A model generated the notes under the pieces. That model had not been told where the DNA came from, made no database searches, and saw only the letters and a list, made by a program, of their open reading frames with translations. The position numbers were made by a program, and so were the translations under genes. 64,000 nt of DNA. It comes from Corallochytrium limacisporum Hawaii (taxonomy: Eukaryota > Protista > Pluriformea). The stretch covers positions 197,198 to 261,197 of the forward strand of contig PDIP01000005.1 of the NCBI GenBank assembly GCA_002811645.1, read 5' to 3'. Below, one piece after another: positions 32,646-44,067 of the stretch (positions are counted from its first letter, which is position 1; each line of letters begins with the position of its first letter).

Positions 32646-34074
32646 ATTTGCACGTTTGCTCTGTTCCCTTGATTACTTCTTTTCTGCGATTCACATTCTA
32701 CTCTCCTTCTGATCTCTTAGAAGTTGCTCAACCCTAGTTTTATACTTTACCACACAGGATTTGACACTTGACTTACCATTCCGATCCAACCGCCCAACAG
32801 AAACTGTCTGTGAAGTACCAGAGTCAACACCATCTCAACTTTCGATTATGATTGTCCTATTTTCGTCGAAGTACTCATCAATACGATTAATGGAGAAGCA
32901 GCGCAAAAAGGAAGACAGAGAATAGTCAACGCTCAATTAAAGAACGCACTCAGTTTCCAAAACAATGGAAGCGAGGAACCAGCAAGGACGACGATGTCTT
33001 CGGCAAGTATTTTGGAGCCCTAACGCTCGCCGGAACGGGGGTGACATCCATATATTTTCTATGGAGATCTAGGGTGTGGGCTACGGGGCGCGGAAGGGAA
33101 AGGGTTGTGCGCCGGGGAGTGCGTTAAAATGAAAAGAGGGACCGATCGGGGCTAGGTGTGCATAGAGACAGAAGTCGGGGGTAGGGCCACAGTTTATAAC
33201 CGTCTCAAGGAGAAGAAGACAACTCTTTCCCCGTGCCTGCTTTTCTTGTAGATCTATGAACAGTACTGAAAGTACTTCGCTTTCTGATCTCTTTCTGCGG
33301 AATCGGTTGCTGCGACCAGCCACCCCAACACAGCAACCGTGTGTAGCAGCGGGTCCTTCCCCCCCCTTCCCTCTCAACCAACTCACATTCAGCCAATCAG
33401 CGTGCAGAATCGTCTAAGGCTGCCAGTGAGCGCTTCGATATATACTGAATGTACTGAGTTTCGGGTCACAATACGTTCAGTATGGAGTAAACGGGTAGCG
33501 GTACATCGCCTACTGACCCTATACTGAATGTACCGTCCAGAACTTAAACACTCGTTGAACCGAACCCGGTGCAGTCACTGCCAACTTGACCCAGCAGGCA
33601 CTACGGTAGGGTAATTTTGTACCTGCGGTAGCAAAGGTATGCGCAATGGGGAAAGTTTCTTGTGCGGGGCGGCCCAACGTCCTTGTCAGGGCCGGGCTGT
33701 GATATCCCGTCCTCTCCGTCCGGGGTGGACGGGGGCCTATTTTTAAACACCCTTCAGAATCTACGGAGAGAAGCCAAAATAAACCGTGCACACGCTAACC
33801 CGTGATATACTCAGGAGAGACACCGCCCGGCGTGTTGGGGACACACGGGTCACGCACGCAAGTGTACTGGAAAGGTAGTGTACCGCTTTGCACCGGAAGG
33901 GGACCCTATCCGTAGACAGGGATATGAGGTTCTGGGTGCGTGTCGATATAGAAGCTGTATGATATTGGAGATCCAGGACAAGAGGGTACACCAAGCGGTC
34001 TATGTCGAGGAAACACTACTGCTCTGTCCAGAACAGGCATTAGCAAAACAATACAGACCGGCAAGTTGTCAGCC

Positions 34075-35160
34075 ATGCTCTCAGCAGTCAGACGAACAAG
34101 TCTGTGTGGTCCGCTGACCAAAATCAGTCGGCCAGGTACCACCCTGAGCATTGTTCGGCACTTCTCGGAAACTCGGCGAGATGCTCTCCTTGAGTTTCCG
34201 GAGGCTCGGGAACAGGTTGCCCACGGCGGCAAGGTATATCACTTCACATCACCTGTTGACTCTGCCGACATTGCCGTACACATGATAGGATCGGGTGATC
34301 CGAGCACTCCTGCAGTATTTCTAGTTCCTGGTGTGTTCACAGACCACCGTTTCTGGCTAGGCACCAAAGGTACTAGCGTTGGGCGGAAGATTGCCGAGCA
34401 CGGTTACACTGTTTATGTCATCGAACAGCGTGGGCACGGCTTCAGCACAAAGTCACCGGAGGATGTCGCAAATCCGAAAGATGGACATATTTGGTGCTGG
34501 CAGGACTGGGTACAGGACACTGCACAGGCCATGCGCCTAATTAAGGAGCGACACGAAGGCCGTCCAATCGCAGGCATTGGGCACAGTGCTGGTAGCGCTA
34601 CATTGATGTGCGCGGCAACTCTTTGCGAGACGGGCACACTGGGATGCTTCATCAAGATGTCCATTGCCACCCCCAGCATGGGTATTCGCCGGATAATGGC
34701 GAATCATCTTGGACGGTTGCTAACGCGCATTTATGGTGAGTTCCCTGCCAAACAACTAGGTTTTGGTGGCATCAACGAAATCGGGACTGTGTTTCTCAGC
34801 TGGTCCTACAACAACAACACCGGCCGATACCACAAGGTCCCGCCATGGGAGGCCAAGAACACGCCAGACTTTGACACTGATGCTTGCGACTATATGATAG
34901 ATATTCAACGTATGCTTGACATGCCTGTTGCCTCCCTTACCGGTTGGGCAGACCGCTTGTGGGCCGATCCAGACGACGCCAAGGTCTTTCTTGACATGCT
35001 GCCGTCAAAGGATCGCACTATGAAGCTTTTCGGAAAGAAATTTGGCCATCTCAAGGACTATGACCATCCGGATATCATCGCAAGCAAAGAGGCACAGCAG
35101 GATGTCTGGCCATACATTGTCGAGTGGTTGAATGCACACCGGAAAACGCTCAACCCATGA
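34075..35160 (+). CDS. Alpha/beta hydrolase (bacterial-type esterase) with putative mitochondrial presequence
   Basis: LVPGVFTDHRFW, EQRGHG, nucleophile GHSAG, DYDHPDII; N-terminus MLSAVRRTSL.. is Arg/Ser-rich and lacks acidic residues; first ATG 34075. Confidence 0.88.
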   Translation: MLSAVRRTSLCGPLTKISRPGTTLSIVRHFSETRRDALLEFPEAREQVAHGGKVYHFTSPVDSADIAVHMIGSGDPSTPAVFLVPGVFTDHRFWLGTKGTSVGRKIAEHGYTVYVIEQRGHGFSTKSPEDVANPKDGHIWCWQDWVQDTAQAMRLIKERHEGRPIAGIGHSAGSATLMCAATLCETGTLGCFIKMSIATPSMGIRRIMANHLGRLLTRIYGEFPAKQLGFGGINEIGTVFLSWSYNNNTGRYHKVPPWEAKNTPDFDTDACDYMIDIQRMLDMPVASLTGWADRLWADPDDAKVFLDMLPSKDRTMKLFGKKFGHLKDYDHPDIIASKEAQQDVWPYIVEWLNAHRKTLNP

Positions 35161-35308
35161 ATTCCAGTCCATAGTTTAGTTCATTTGTTTTCTACATGTA
35201 TCATCATACACATGCCATCGTCACTTGCAACAGTAGCCTGACGCTAACCATCAGGTTCAGCGCTATGAAACTAATGCCTGTAATGCTGACTGAACTGTAA
35301 TATAAGAT

Positions 35309-36385
35309 CTATACAATGAGCATGATCAGACTACTAGCCAATCCCGAGACCACCAAACTCCTCATGTACATCTCTCGATACTTGGATGAAAATAGCAAGG
35401 GCACAACCAGTCCCGTGTACATAATCCACGACATCAGTGGCCACTTGTTGGGATGGGGTGCACTGTACTGTCGACCCGGGAAGTATCCGAACTTAAAGTA
35501 ATGCTCCAACAGCGCGTCTTTCTCCTGCCATCGCTGCATCAGCCAATCTGCCTGCAGATCCTCGTCTTCGGGAAGCTTCGAAACGTCAAAACGTTGGCAA
35601 TGAATTGCAAGGCGCCGTTGCGTTCCCCTGAGAAAATCAATCATGCTGGGCATGCCGCGTGATCCATTATCCTGCAACTGGTAGCCAATCGTAATGTCAT
35701 AGACGTACCCAACCTCGCCGCGCAATTCCCGAAGACAAGTAATAAACCCTCGAGTCTTGGGGTGTAGTAGATTCACCAACGGTGGGTAGCCGGCGCGCTT
35801 TGTCGCGTATTGACTACGTTCTATCTTGTCTGCGTTGGTCGGATCAAAACGGGTTCCTTCTGGGAAGATGCAGAGAAAATTGGGCACCCCAAGTTCGCGG
35901 AGATGGGCAAGTCTTGCAATAATGCGCGAACTATCGTAAGTCCATGATCGCCGCACAAAGATGAAGCCTTGCATGTGAAAGGTCATGCCATACCAAGGGA
36001 TGTACTTCAACTCGTCCTTTATCAGGAACCGCACGTCGCACAGGTGTCTGTACCGGTAGGCCACAAAATGTGCGACCACCCAGTCCATAGTGCATTGGTG
36101 GTTCGCTATGTACAATGCATTCTCTGACGGACGCATCCGATCTCCGGTCCAAATAATGTGACACCCGGCAAATTTCTCCCCAAGCCAGACCACCAGGGCA
36201 TTGTATGATCCATAGAAGAGACCTGCCCACCAATAACCGGCCCGTCTTCCAAAGGGCAGCAATAATACTTTCCCTGCAAACCATAGCGGGAACGCAACGG
36301 GTCCGGGAGCCAGTGCCATCGTGAGCATGGCACCAGCCTGCAGGGACCCGTATATGTCCCGCACCGACGTTATCCACGATGCCAT
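35309..36385 (-). CDS. AGPAT5: 1-acylglycerol-3-phosphate acyltransferase (AGPAT5-like)
   Basis: ANHQCTMDW (NHX4D), KDELKYIPWYG, FPEGTR, VYDITIGY. Confidence 0.85.
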   Translation of the reverse strand: MASWITSVRDIYGSLQAGAMLTMALAPGPVAFPLWFAGKVLLLPFGRRAGYWWAGLFYGSYNALVVWLGEKFAGCHIIWTGDRMRPSENALYIANHQCTMDWVVAHFVAYRYRHLCDVRFLIKDELKYIPWYGMTFHMQGFIFVRRSWTYDSSRIIARLAHLRELGVPNFLCIFPEGTRFDPTNADKIERSQYATKRAGYPPLVNLLHPKTRGFITCLRELRGEVGYVYDITIGYQLQDNGSRGMPSMIDFLRGTQRRLAIHCQRFDVSKLPEDEDLQADWLMQRWQEKDALLEHYFKFGYFPGRQYSAPHPNKWPLMSWIMYTGLVVPLLFSSKYREMYMRSLVVSGLASSLIMLIV

Positions 36386-38460
36386 AGTCCTAACCTGTTA
36401 CTGTATACGTTTAATCTGACCGAAGGCAGGCTTTCACGACATGGCGGCTTCAGTTGATAAGTTTAAGTTTCTTTCACGAGGCCCCAACACTAATAGTTCT
36501 CCTTTTATAGCTGGCAGGTACCGCGCGACTGGTCACTCTTTATTCTTTAATGGGCCCCTCGATAGGGCAAATGATCACTAGTACAGTTTACAATATTGGT
36601 GTTGAATTCAGTAAAGGTTATCTGCCGATCTCAAATACCCACTGTTTTTCGCTCGAAGTACAACCAAGCTAAATTGAATGCCAAGAGGCGCGTGTCTGAT
36701 TGCAAGTGTGATAATTGACTGTGGTCGATATTTCAAGACGCCAAAGCCAAGTCACTTGAAAGTGCAATCAGAGGCCATGAAACCACCTAGTGAATTGATA
36801 CGGTCGGCGGGTGTGGAGGCGGAGCAGGGACTTGTGTGCACTGCATTTGCCACCTACGGAAAGAGCGGACCCGCGCACGCTCCTTCCCTTTTTCATCCGC
36901 GCCTGGCACACCCCCCGGTTCTCGCTCGCACAGTGCGCCAAACCTGGCTGCCCTGGCTGGAGCCCGGCTGGTGGCCTCCCCAAACCCACCCTGGCCGAAG
37001 AGTGTGCGGTGGGGAGCACACTGCATCGCCTCCGCGGTGCATTCACTACTGGAAATGGCCCAGCTGGACCGAACTGGATGTACATTGATTTATTTTATGG
37101 ATTATAGGGAAATGACTTTTTCAATATTGGACAGTAGAAATCAAATCAGACATCCGGACTTTTCAACCGCCAGGCCGCGTGCTGGGGGAGTAGAGAACCG
37201 AGGATGCAAATCAAAGATTCACTATTTCAAAAAACTTTGTGGTCCCAAACGACTGTGATGGGTTTAGGGGTGCTGTTTGGTTACTGCGTGCTTGACTTGG
37301 AACGCAGTCTTAGCTATCCTTCAGGGGCCTCATCCAATGTGATAGCCGACATGGTAGTATCTGCCCTTTATCCCATGGCAACTGACGCTACTCAGCGAAA
37401 GGTTCATAAGAAAAGGATACTTACGAGTCCTGGTCCAGCGATTCTTCGGGGCGAGTGCAGACACGCGATCTCAGGGTGCAAGCCTCTCCCGGACGTTGAA
37501 AGCTTGCAAGGCCGAAGACTTTGGCGCGAAGCGCTGATGATGAAGGACCCTGCTATCTCTCCTTCCATACCTGACAGTAGTCCGTACCATCATGCATGGC
37601 ATAGTGCTTTCGGTAACAATCTTTGAATTGTTCCCAAGTGTTGTTTCCATTAACGCGTTCTTCTACATGACAATGCCTTAGCCACAGCAGTCTGATTCCA
37701 GATCCATCCGCCGCCACTCTCAGAACCGTTGCTCCCGTACGTCGTGGCTGGTACACCGCGCTATCATTGGCTGAAGCCAGAGAAAGGAAGAAGGTCGAGA
37801 AAATTGGAATCACTTTCCGGCCGCGCGCTATTCTTGGTGATAAATGTCCAGCGGGGGTTGAAAGAATGCGCCGAAGAGCTTCTCCCGGCTTGGCCCCTCC
37901 CCGAACAGGGAATCCGTCCACCCAGTTTTCATTCTCTTCTGTCCTCCTTCTGCAGAATAGGAATTCTTCAGCTCCGACCTCATCTGGGTGCAATCCACGA
38001 ACATGTTTTTTGTGATTCGGTGCTGCCGTTGTATCAAATGAAGTTCCGTTCCTATTCCCATGCTCACCCGTCGCCATGTGTTCTTGAAGCGTAGCGTCAT
38101 TCCGACTCCACCCATGGAAGGGTCTCCATTCAACCGTGACATGAAGCAACGCACAACCTTGCTATCGACATATGGAATGCCGAAACAGCTATTGGTACGA
38201 ACCATTACAGCGTGCGCCCATTACACAGTAAGCACAATGCGAAAAGTGAAGTGCTTCATGTGTACGAGAAGCTGACCAATTCGGTAACCATGGCTTGTTT
38301 ATGAAAACCATCAGGAATGATGAGAACAAGTCAATTAAAAAATTTCACGAACAAAACTCAGGATCGATTCACACCCGAGAACTCCCAGTTGGCAGCATCC
38401 TTTCCTTCTCGCGAACTCGAAAGCCACTGGATCGATCGTTCAAGGCCGGAACACTACCCG

Positions 38461-38495
38461 CCCCCCCCGGCGGAGAGGGCGCCCGGGGGGGGGGG
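38461..38495. repeat. C8GG...CCG11 inverted homopolymer hairpin
   Basis: ccccccccgg-cggagagggcgc-ccgggggggg gives a 10-bp stem. Confidence 0.65.
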
Positions 38496-40429
38496 ACAAC
38501 TCCGACCGCCGTGGCACCCTTAGGTAGTGACGCGTACAGGAGATATACGACTTCTGAGCCAAAGGTGCAGACAGACAGACATCGGCCAGTGCTGGGTCTG
38601 GTCCAACGCGGTTGACACAAACTAACGTCAGTTAGTTGTTGAGCCATGTTGAGGATCCCTATTAATGAAAGCATGTTGAGTCGGACGTAGAGCTCCCAGT
38701 TTCTGAGTGGGCCGGGGCCATAAGGGTGCCAAAATACTACCATATGAACATGCTCAATGTGACACTGCCGTGCCACGGGCTCCCGTGCAGAATGGACTTG
38801 CGTCGAATGGAGAGGCAGCGAGGAGTTGACCACCGCGAGAAGCGCGCGGCAGCGGCAGCTGCACCGCTGCCGCTTGTCCGTCAATCCGGGGTTCGTATGG
38901 AAACCTCACAAATGCAGCAGCTTTATCACAGCTTCAGTTCCTATCTTCTCAACTCGGAATCCCGGTTGCCCTCGCAGTGTAACTGTGAAGACCAGCTGGT
39001 TTAAGTGAAATAAATCATTGCTTTCCTTGTACCAGCGGGTGGAGAACCCCCGACAGGGAGGAAGAAGAATTTTGGGACCCCCGGTGGTGGGGGGAAAGGA
39101 CGGAGGGGTAGGGGAATTTGAAAACTCATCACCGATCGGGAAGGGAGTTCAGCTAACGGGGATGCGTTTGCCAGTCTGCGCGGCAGAACACGCCCAATTT
39201 GGGCATCCCAGCATGTTACGGAGGGAATTGGGAATCATAGCAGGCCGGATTGCAGCCTGCAGTGGCACAGTACTAGGCTCCGGGCTTTGGTGTCTCTTTT
39301 CAGACGTGCGTAGTGGTTTTGTTCACTGCGGCTCGTACGAGCACCCAACACAACACGCCTCCTGGAGACGTCGGTTGCTGATGTTTCGAACAAGCGAGCT
39401 CAAATGTTGGGATTTGTCCTCCGTCTCTCACAACACGCGCTGCACCGTTAGCAGAGCACCCGACTGGGTTGTTCCCTAGACCCACACGGTATTGTCAATT
39501 GACCCCTGCAAGGAGGACGTAGAAATGGGCACAGGCAAATGTGTGCTTTGGGAAGCATAAGGCAGTACTTGGGCACGGAACTGACAGCTCTCAATTTGCA
39601 ATCAGAGATCTATGTGTCATCACATGAAGCACGCACATCATTCCTTGATTGAAGTGACAAGCGAGCTTTCAAAAGCGATGAGTACGAGAATACATCATAG
39701 CCGCAATATAAGTGCTGCGACCGGGACGCGGATACCTCGGTTTTTAGTGAATAGTGGTAAACTGAAGGTTGCAAAGATAAGAGCGTTCGTAACGGCGGCT
39801 CGGAAATTGATAAACTTAGAACCCCGGTTAATGTTATGGTTGGGTCTCCATCTCTCTCCGGTCTTTGATGAAAAAGACGAAAGCAAGCAAGATGCCCTCT
39901 CCGGATAAACGGAGGGAGCGGGAACTGGAGACGATGACGCGCACTCTTCACACTAAGGGGGGGGGGGAAGGTGTGTCTAAGCTCCACCAAACCACCCTGT
40001 CCGGCTGGCGGGCCCGCTCCCTTCTCCCTCTCCCCGGCCCCCCGGGGGGGGGGGGGTTTGGCGGCGCAGAGGTGATGGAGTGAAAGAGGGGGAAAGGAGG
40101 ACACACGGGGGTCGTAGGAACATGCTTTCAAGTTGATTTATAACGAACGGAAAGGTTTGACCTTCGATTTCAAGCATGTCTGTTCCTCTAGATAAACCTC
40201 GCGCATTGATTGATTGATTACGGTACTACGCACTGAAAGGGACCAGGCCTTACCCTGTTTCCATGAGAAGTCCTGGATCGCGAGGGCCCTCGATTAATGA
40301 TAGCACACAATGCTCGAATGCTGCACGGCAGAGCTATAGTTGCTGAGATGAAAAAGAAACATGATACCAAGGATACTGTTATCAGTGTACAACTTTTTAA
40401 TTTCATCCTAGAGTTGTTCGACCAGGATT

Positions 40430-40479
40430 GTAAGCAACAGGAAAGGCTGTCAAGGTGCGTCTAGATCGCTACTAACTAG
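40430..40479 (+). other. Candidate 50-nt 5'UTR intron upstream of the phosphatase gene
   Basis: GTAAGC donor at 40430; TACTAAC at 40470-40476 directly followed by TAG (alternative TAG ends 40497); ATG at 40647. Confidence 0.4.
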
Positions 40480-40646
40480 ACTCATCACGGAGTCTAGATC
40501 TGTGGAAATGCGAACCCCCTGCTACGGTATCAGGCGAGAATCGATATCAGGACAGGCTACTTCTCTAAATATCGTATTGCTGGGGGTATAGTGAGAATAG
40601 AGATCGTCTTATCTTTTAAATTGAATCGAGAAGACAAACCGACAGA

Positions 40647-42749
40647 ATGAGTCTTGTGGAGCGACTACCGAAATCACCCTTGCGGAACATACAGATCCGC
40701 ATATTCTTTGTGTCCGTCTGCACCGTGATATGTATGCTGTTGACCTACTTTTCAGTTGTGATGCGCATTAACCCAGCTAACGTAGAAGGATGGAATCTAT
40801 ACCACATCTCCGGTCTGCGGGACTCGATCATGTACATTAGCGCATTCTCGATACCTGGGGTGGCACTGATGGGAGCGGCCACTCTCTACTCATTACATTG
40901 GTACTGCCGTGTCTTTGCAAAATCACGATACCCCATTGTCTGCTGGCTCATCCTGCTGGCGGGAGATATCATAACGGCTATAGCTTCCATCTGGATGCCC
41001 TTCATGCTCTCTATCTGGGATGTGTTTAACCCGACAAATGGCTACATCGTGTGCACACTAGTTACGACGTTGTCTTGGTCGTGTCTCTTTTTCGCACACT
41101 ACACCATACTGCCCTGGTCAGGCGCTAGCCATCGTCCCTCCCTGGCAGTGTATCAAAGGCTGCCGAGAGATTCGTGCGATGGTGGTGAGAACGACGAGGT
41201 ACGGCCTGACGTTGGGGATTCTGGTGGGGACGCCGACGAAGACGTTCGCAGTTCCATCTTCGACAACCATCTCCGTGGCGAGGATCTGGATGTACCAGTG
41301 AAACAGCTGGTAGGAAAGCACGTAAGCCCAAAGCACTGGAACCTTGGCACCTGGATAAGTTTTTGCATCGGTCTGCTGTTCTGTGTCGGGCTCGTGGTGA
41401 TGATATTCTACTTTTTATACGGTTTTTGCATCACTGAGAACCCGTGGGGAATGAGCACGCACTATACACGCATGAAGAAACCACCACTGTGCGATCCACA
41501 GTCTGACGAGCCATGTTACGTTTATCTTACCATGCCCGAAGACATGTCGACGCAAATGATTGTCAACTTTGTTGCCGGAAAGAAGCTCAAGGATGTCAGT
41601 GTTCAATATGGGGCTGTAAGTGAGGTTTCGGCCATTCTATCCTACGCGCCAGCCGTGTATACTGTTCTTGAAACCATAGAGGATACAAAGTACATCTACA
41701 GCGCGGCGTTGACGGACCTCAAGCCCGGTACTCTGTATACATTTGCTGTTCAGATCCAAGGCAAGATCAGCCTAAAGACTCACTTCCACTTCCGCACATT
41801 GGACAAGAGTAATGAGCACAGCGCCATCTGGTGGGCTGGCGGGGACATGGGCACCTCTGAGGTGGGCCAAAGGATCATTTTCCAAGTTGGTGACAGTGAC
41901 ACCGACTTTTTTGTTATCGCAGGCGATATCGCCTACGCTAACAATTTCCGCGGCTGTTCCTGCCGCTGGGACGAGACATTCCTTATGCTCCAGCGCCTCA
42001 CCGTGACCCCGGACAGGCGCATGATCCCTCTGCTTACCGCTGTCGGTAACCATGAAGCAGGTGGTTTTGGCATGGGCACTTCAGCTCCTATCTTCTACTA
42101 CCGTTTCTTCATGCACCGTGTTGAGGAGGTCCTGAATCGAATCGACCCGGCCAATCGACTGCCCTACCACATCCATCGTATTCGCAACGATTCGGTGGTC
42201 ATTGTGCTGGACTCCGGTCATACGATCGATCCAGAAGGTGCACAATTGGCCTTTTTGGAGTCCGAGTTGGCAAGTCTGACGGCCGATGTCAAGTATCGCA
42301 TTGCCATCTATCATATGCCTATGTACCAGGTTCACGGAGATACTCGTTTTCGAGGTATGTTGCAAGCCATGGCTCGCACTTGGCACCCTCTCTTCGACAA
42401 GTACGGCGTCAAATTGGTACTGGAGAATCACATGCATTCGTTCGTGGAACTGGAACCCGTGAGCGCGGGCAGCGCCAACACTGGCTACATGCCGATCCCG
42501 ACCACAGATGGTACGCTGTTCCTGGGTGCAGGGGCCTTGGGGACAACGCCGGAAAGCCACTATTGGCACGACGTGTGGAAGCGTGAGGTTGCGGAGAACT
42601 TTATTTACCGAGTGAAACTTCCCAGTATGACGGAGGAAACCACCGAGGAATACAATGCACACCGCGCAACGATCTCTGCCGTACGAGCCGACCAAAGCGT
42701 GCTAGACACATGGGAGATACCGATTTCCAAGGATCTCTTGGAGGGCTAA
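40647..42749 (+). CDS. Multi-pass membrane purple-acid-phosphatase-like metallophosphoesterase
   Basis: About 5 hydrophobic segments in the first 260 aa; FN3-like LTDLKPGTLYTF; metal motifs GGDMG, GDIAY, GNHE, YHMP, ENHMH. Confidence 0.9.
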   Translation: MSLVERLPKSPLRNIQIRIFFVSVCTVICMLLTYFSVVMRINPANVEGWNLYHISGLRDSIMYISAFSIPGVALMGAATLYSLHWYCRVFAKSRYPIVCWLILLAGDIITAIASIWMPFMLSIWDVFNPTNGYIVCTLVTTLSWSCLFFAHYTILPWSGASHRPSLAVYQRLPRDSCDGGENDEVRPDVGDSGGDADEDVRSSIFDNHLRGEDLDVPVKQLVGKHVSPKHWNLGTWISFCIGLLFCVGLVVMIFYFLYGFCITENPWGMSTHYTRMKKPPLCDPQSDEPCYVYLTMPEDMSTQMIVNFVAGKKLKDVSVQYGAVSEVSAILSYAPAVYTVLETIEDTKYIYSAALTDLKPGTLYTFAVQIQGKISLKTHFHFRTLDKSNEHSAIWWAGGDMGTSEVGQRIIFQVGDSDTDFFVIAGDIAYANNFRGCSCRWDETFLMLQRLTVTPDRRMIPLLTAVGNHEAGGFGMGTSAPIFYYRFFMHRVEEVLNRIDPANRLPYHIHRIRNDSVVIVLDSGHTIDPEGAQLAFLESELASLTADVKYRIAIYHMPMYQVHGDTRFRGMLQAMARTWHPLFDKYGVKLVLENHMHSFVELEPVSAGSANTGYMPIPTTDGTLFLGAGALGTTPESHYWHDVWKREVAENFIYRVKLPSMTEETTEEYNAHRATISAVRADQSVLDTWEIPISKDLLEG

Positions 42750-42885
42750 ACCACATCAAACAACATGTCATTGACGACCACCTCTCTCACATTTTGTAAA
42801 GTATAGTTTGTTCAGATCGTGTTTAGAAGGACACATTGTCATGTTTACGCATTGGCATGCACCGCATTACTACCACATCGGTGAC

Positions 42886-44067
42886 CTACAGAGCACTCTT
42901 CTCTTCCTGCTCCTTCAACACGGTAATAAACTTGGTGACACTGTCCTCGATGCTCTCCCTAGCCTTCAGTCCATTGATGAATTTCGCAGGGATGCCCTTG
43001 ATGCCATGGATAGCACCGAGAATGGCACCCATGTTCGTGCTACGGGCTACGTTTTCGCCCCCAGCGTTCACAGAGGCTATCAGACATTGCTCTAGATCAT
43101 CACCGAATTTGTACAGGAAGTAAAGCATAGTAGGGAAACTTGAGGAGATGTAGCATGCAGTCATGAGGTTGCGACCACCCGAATCGACCTCTCTCTGCAC
43201 ATTCATGCCGAAGCGCTGGCCGGCATTCTGGGCGATCTCTTTGGCGCTCTTACCATCCAAAGCATCGGAGAGCATCTGTGCGTAGACCTCGTTAAAAGGC
43301 TCCATGGTGGTGGTACGACGGGTCAGTTCCATGACCTCGAAGCCCATACTTGCCGCCTTCTGCTTCTCAAGCACCAGACCGGCCAGGTAGGCAGGAATGG
43401 GCATGGTTAGCGAGTCGATGGTGTCAACATTGTGCCCGTCGTTGTCCGGGGCAAGCTCCGGTTTGACTCCGTTTACAATGTTTGCAAAGAACATTCGATG
43501 GCATGTCGACGCATAGACATCATTGTGGGAGTCTGGGGTGGTCATGAACGTCATGTATCTTTCGAGTATTTGGTTGCTGTTGACAGTGCCTTTGCTGTCA
43601 GTCATGGAGTCCAAGACGAGCTGCATAAGACGGGCCTCCAGTGTGTTCTCGCCAGCCTTTAAAGTGTGATGATAGTGGTAGCTACCCCCACGCATCCAGT
43701 ACTGACGCTTACCGTGGAGGATTACCTCACCAACGATGGTACCCTCGTCACTGCCCCGCCCACCGCCGCCGGTATTGCTAAGGTTCATGATGGATCCAGG
43801 AAATCGTTTCGGGGGATCCGTATAGTACGTTATCTGGCCATGATCCTGCTTTAGTTGGCTAAGATTGTAGTACCAATGGGCTGGCATGGCTAGGGCATCG
43901 CCAATAAATGCGCCCCACAACGCCGCCTTCACACGATCTAGAACCAGGTCTGCTTCACGTGCACCAGGCATGTCTGCGTAGGTCTTATATTCAAGTTCAG
44001 GATCGGGCAATTCTGTAGACTTTGGCTTTGTGCCTGCACTGCCACTCTTTGAGACCAGAGAACCCAT
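42886..44067 (-). CDS. ADP-ribosylglycohydrolase family (DraG/ARH/crystallin-J1-like)
   Basis: ALWGAFIGDALAMPAHWYY, AGENTLEA, NAGGENVARSTNMGAILGA..GIP; start uncertain (44283, 44169, 44067 or 43971). Confidence 0.9.
   Translation of the reverse strand: MGSLVSKSGSAGTKPKSTELPDPELEYKTYADMPGAREADLVLDRVKAALWGAFIGDALAMPAHWYYNLSQLKQDHGQITYYTDPPKRFPGSIMNLSNTGGGGRGSDEGTIVGEVILHGKRQYWMRGGSYHYHHTLKAGENTLEARLMQLVLDSMTDSKGTVNSNQILERYMTFMTTPDSHNDVYASTCHRMFFANIVNGVKPELAPDNDGHNVDTIDSLTMPIPAYLAGLVLEKQKAASMGFEVMELTRRTTTMEPFNEVYAQMLSDALDGKSAKEIAQNAGQRFGMNVQREVDSGGRNLMTACYISSSFPTMLYFLYKFGDDLEQCLIASVNAGGENVARSTNMGAILGAIHGIKGIPAKFINGLKARESIEDSVTKFITVLKEQEEKSAL

Noticed and set aside
37417-37430. ATACTTAC resembling the U1 snRNA 5' end
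   Set aside because: Lacks the following CTG and a recognisable U1 structure
39068-39095. AATTTTGG followed by a GC hairpin (Sm-site-like)
   Set aside because: No snRNA or SL RNA features; lies in a homopolymer-rich tract
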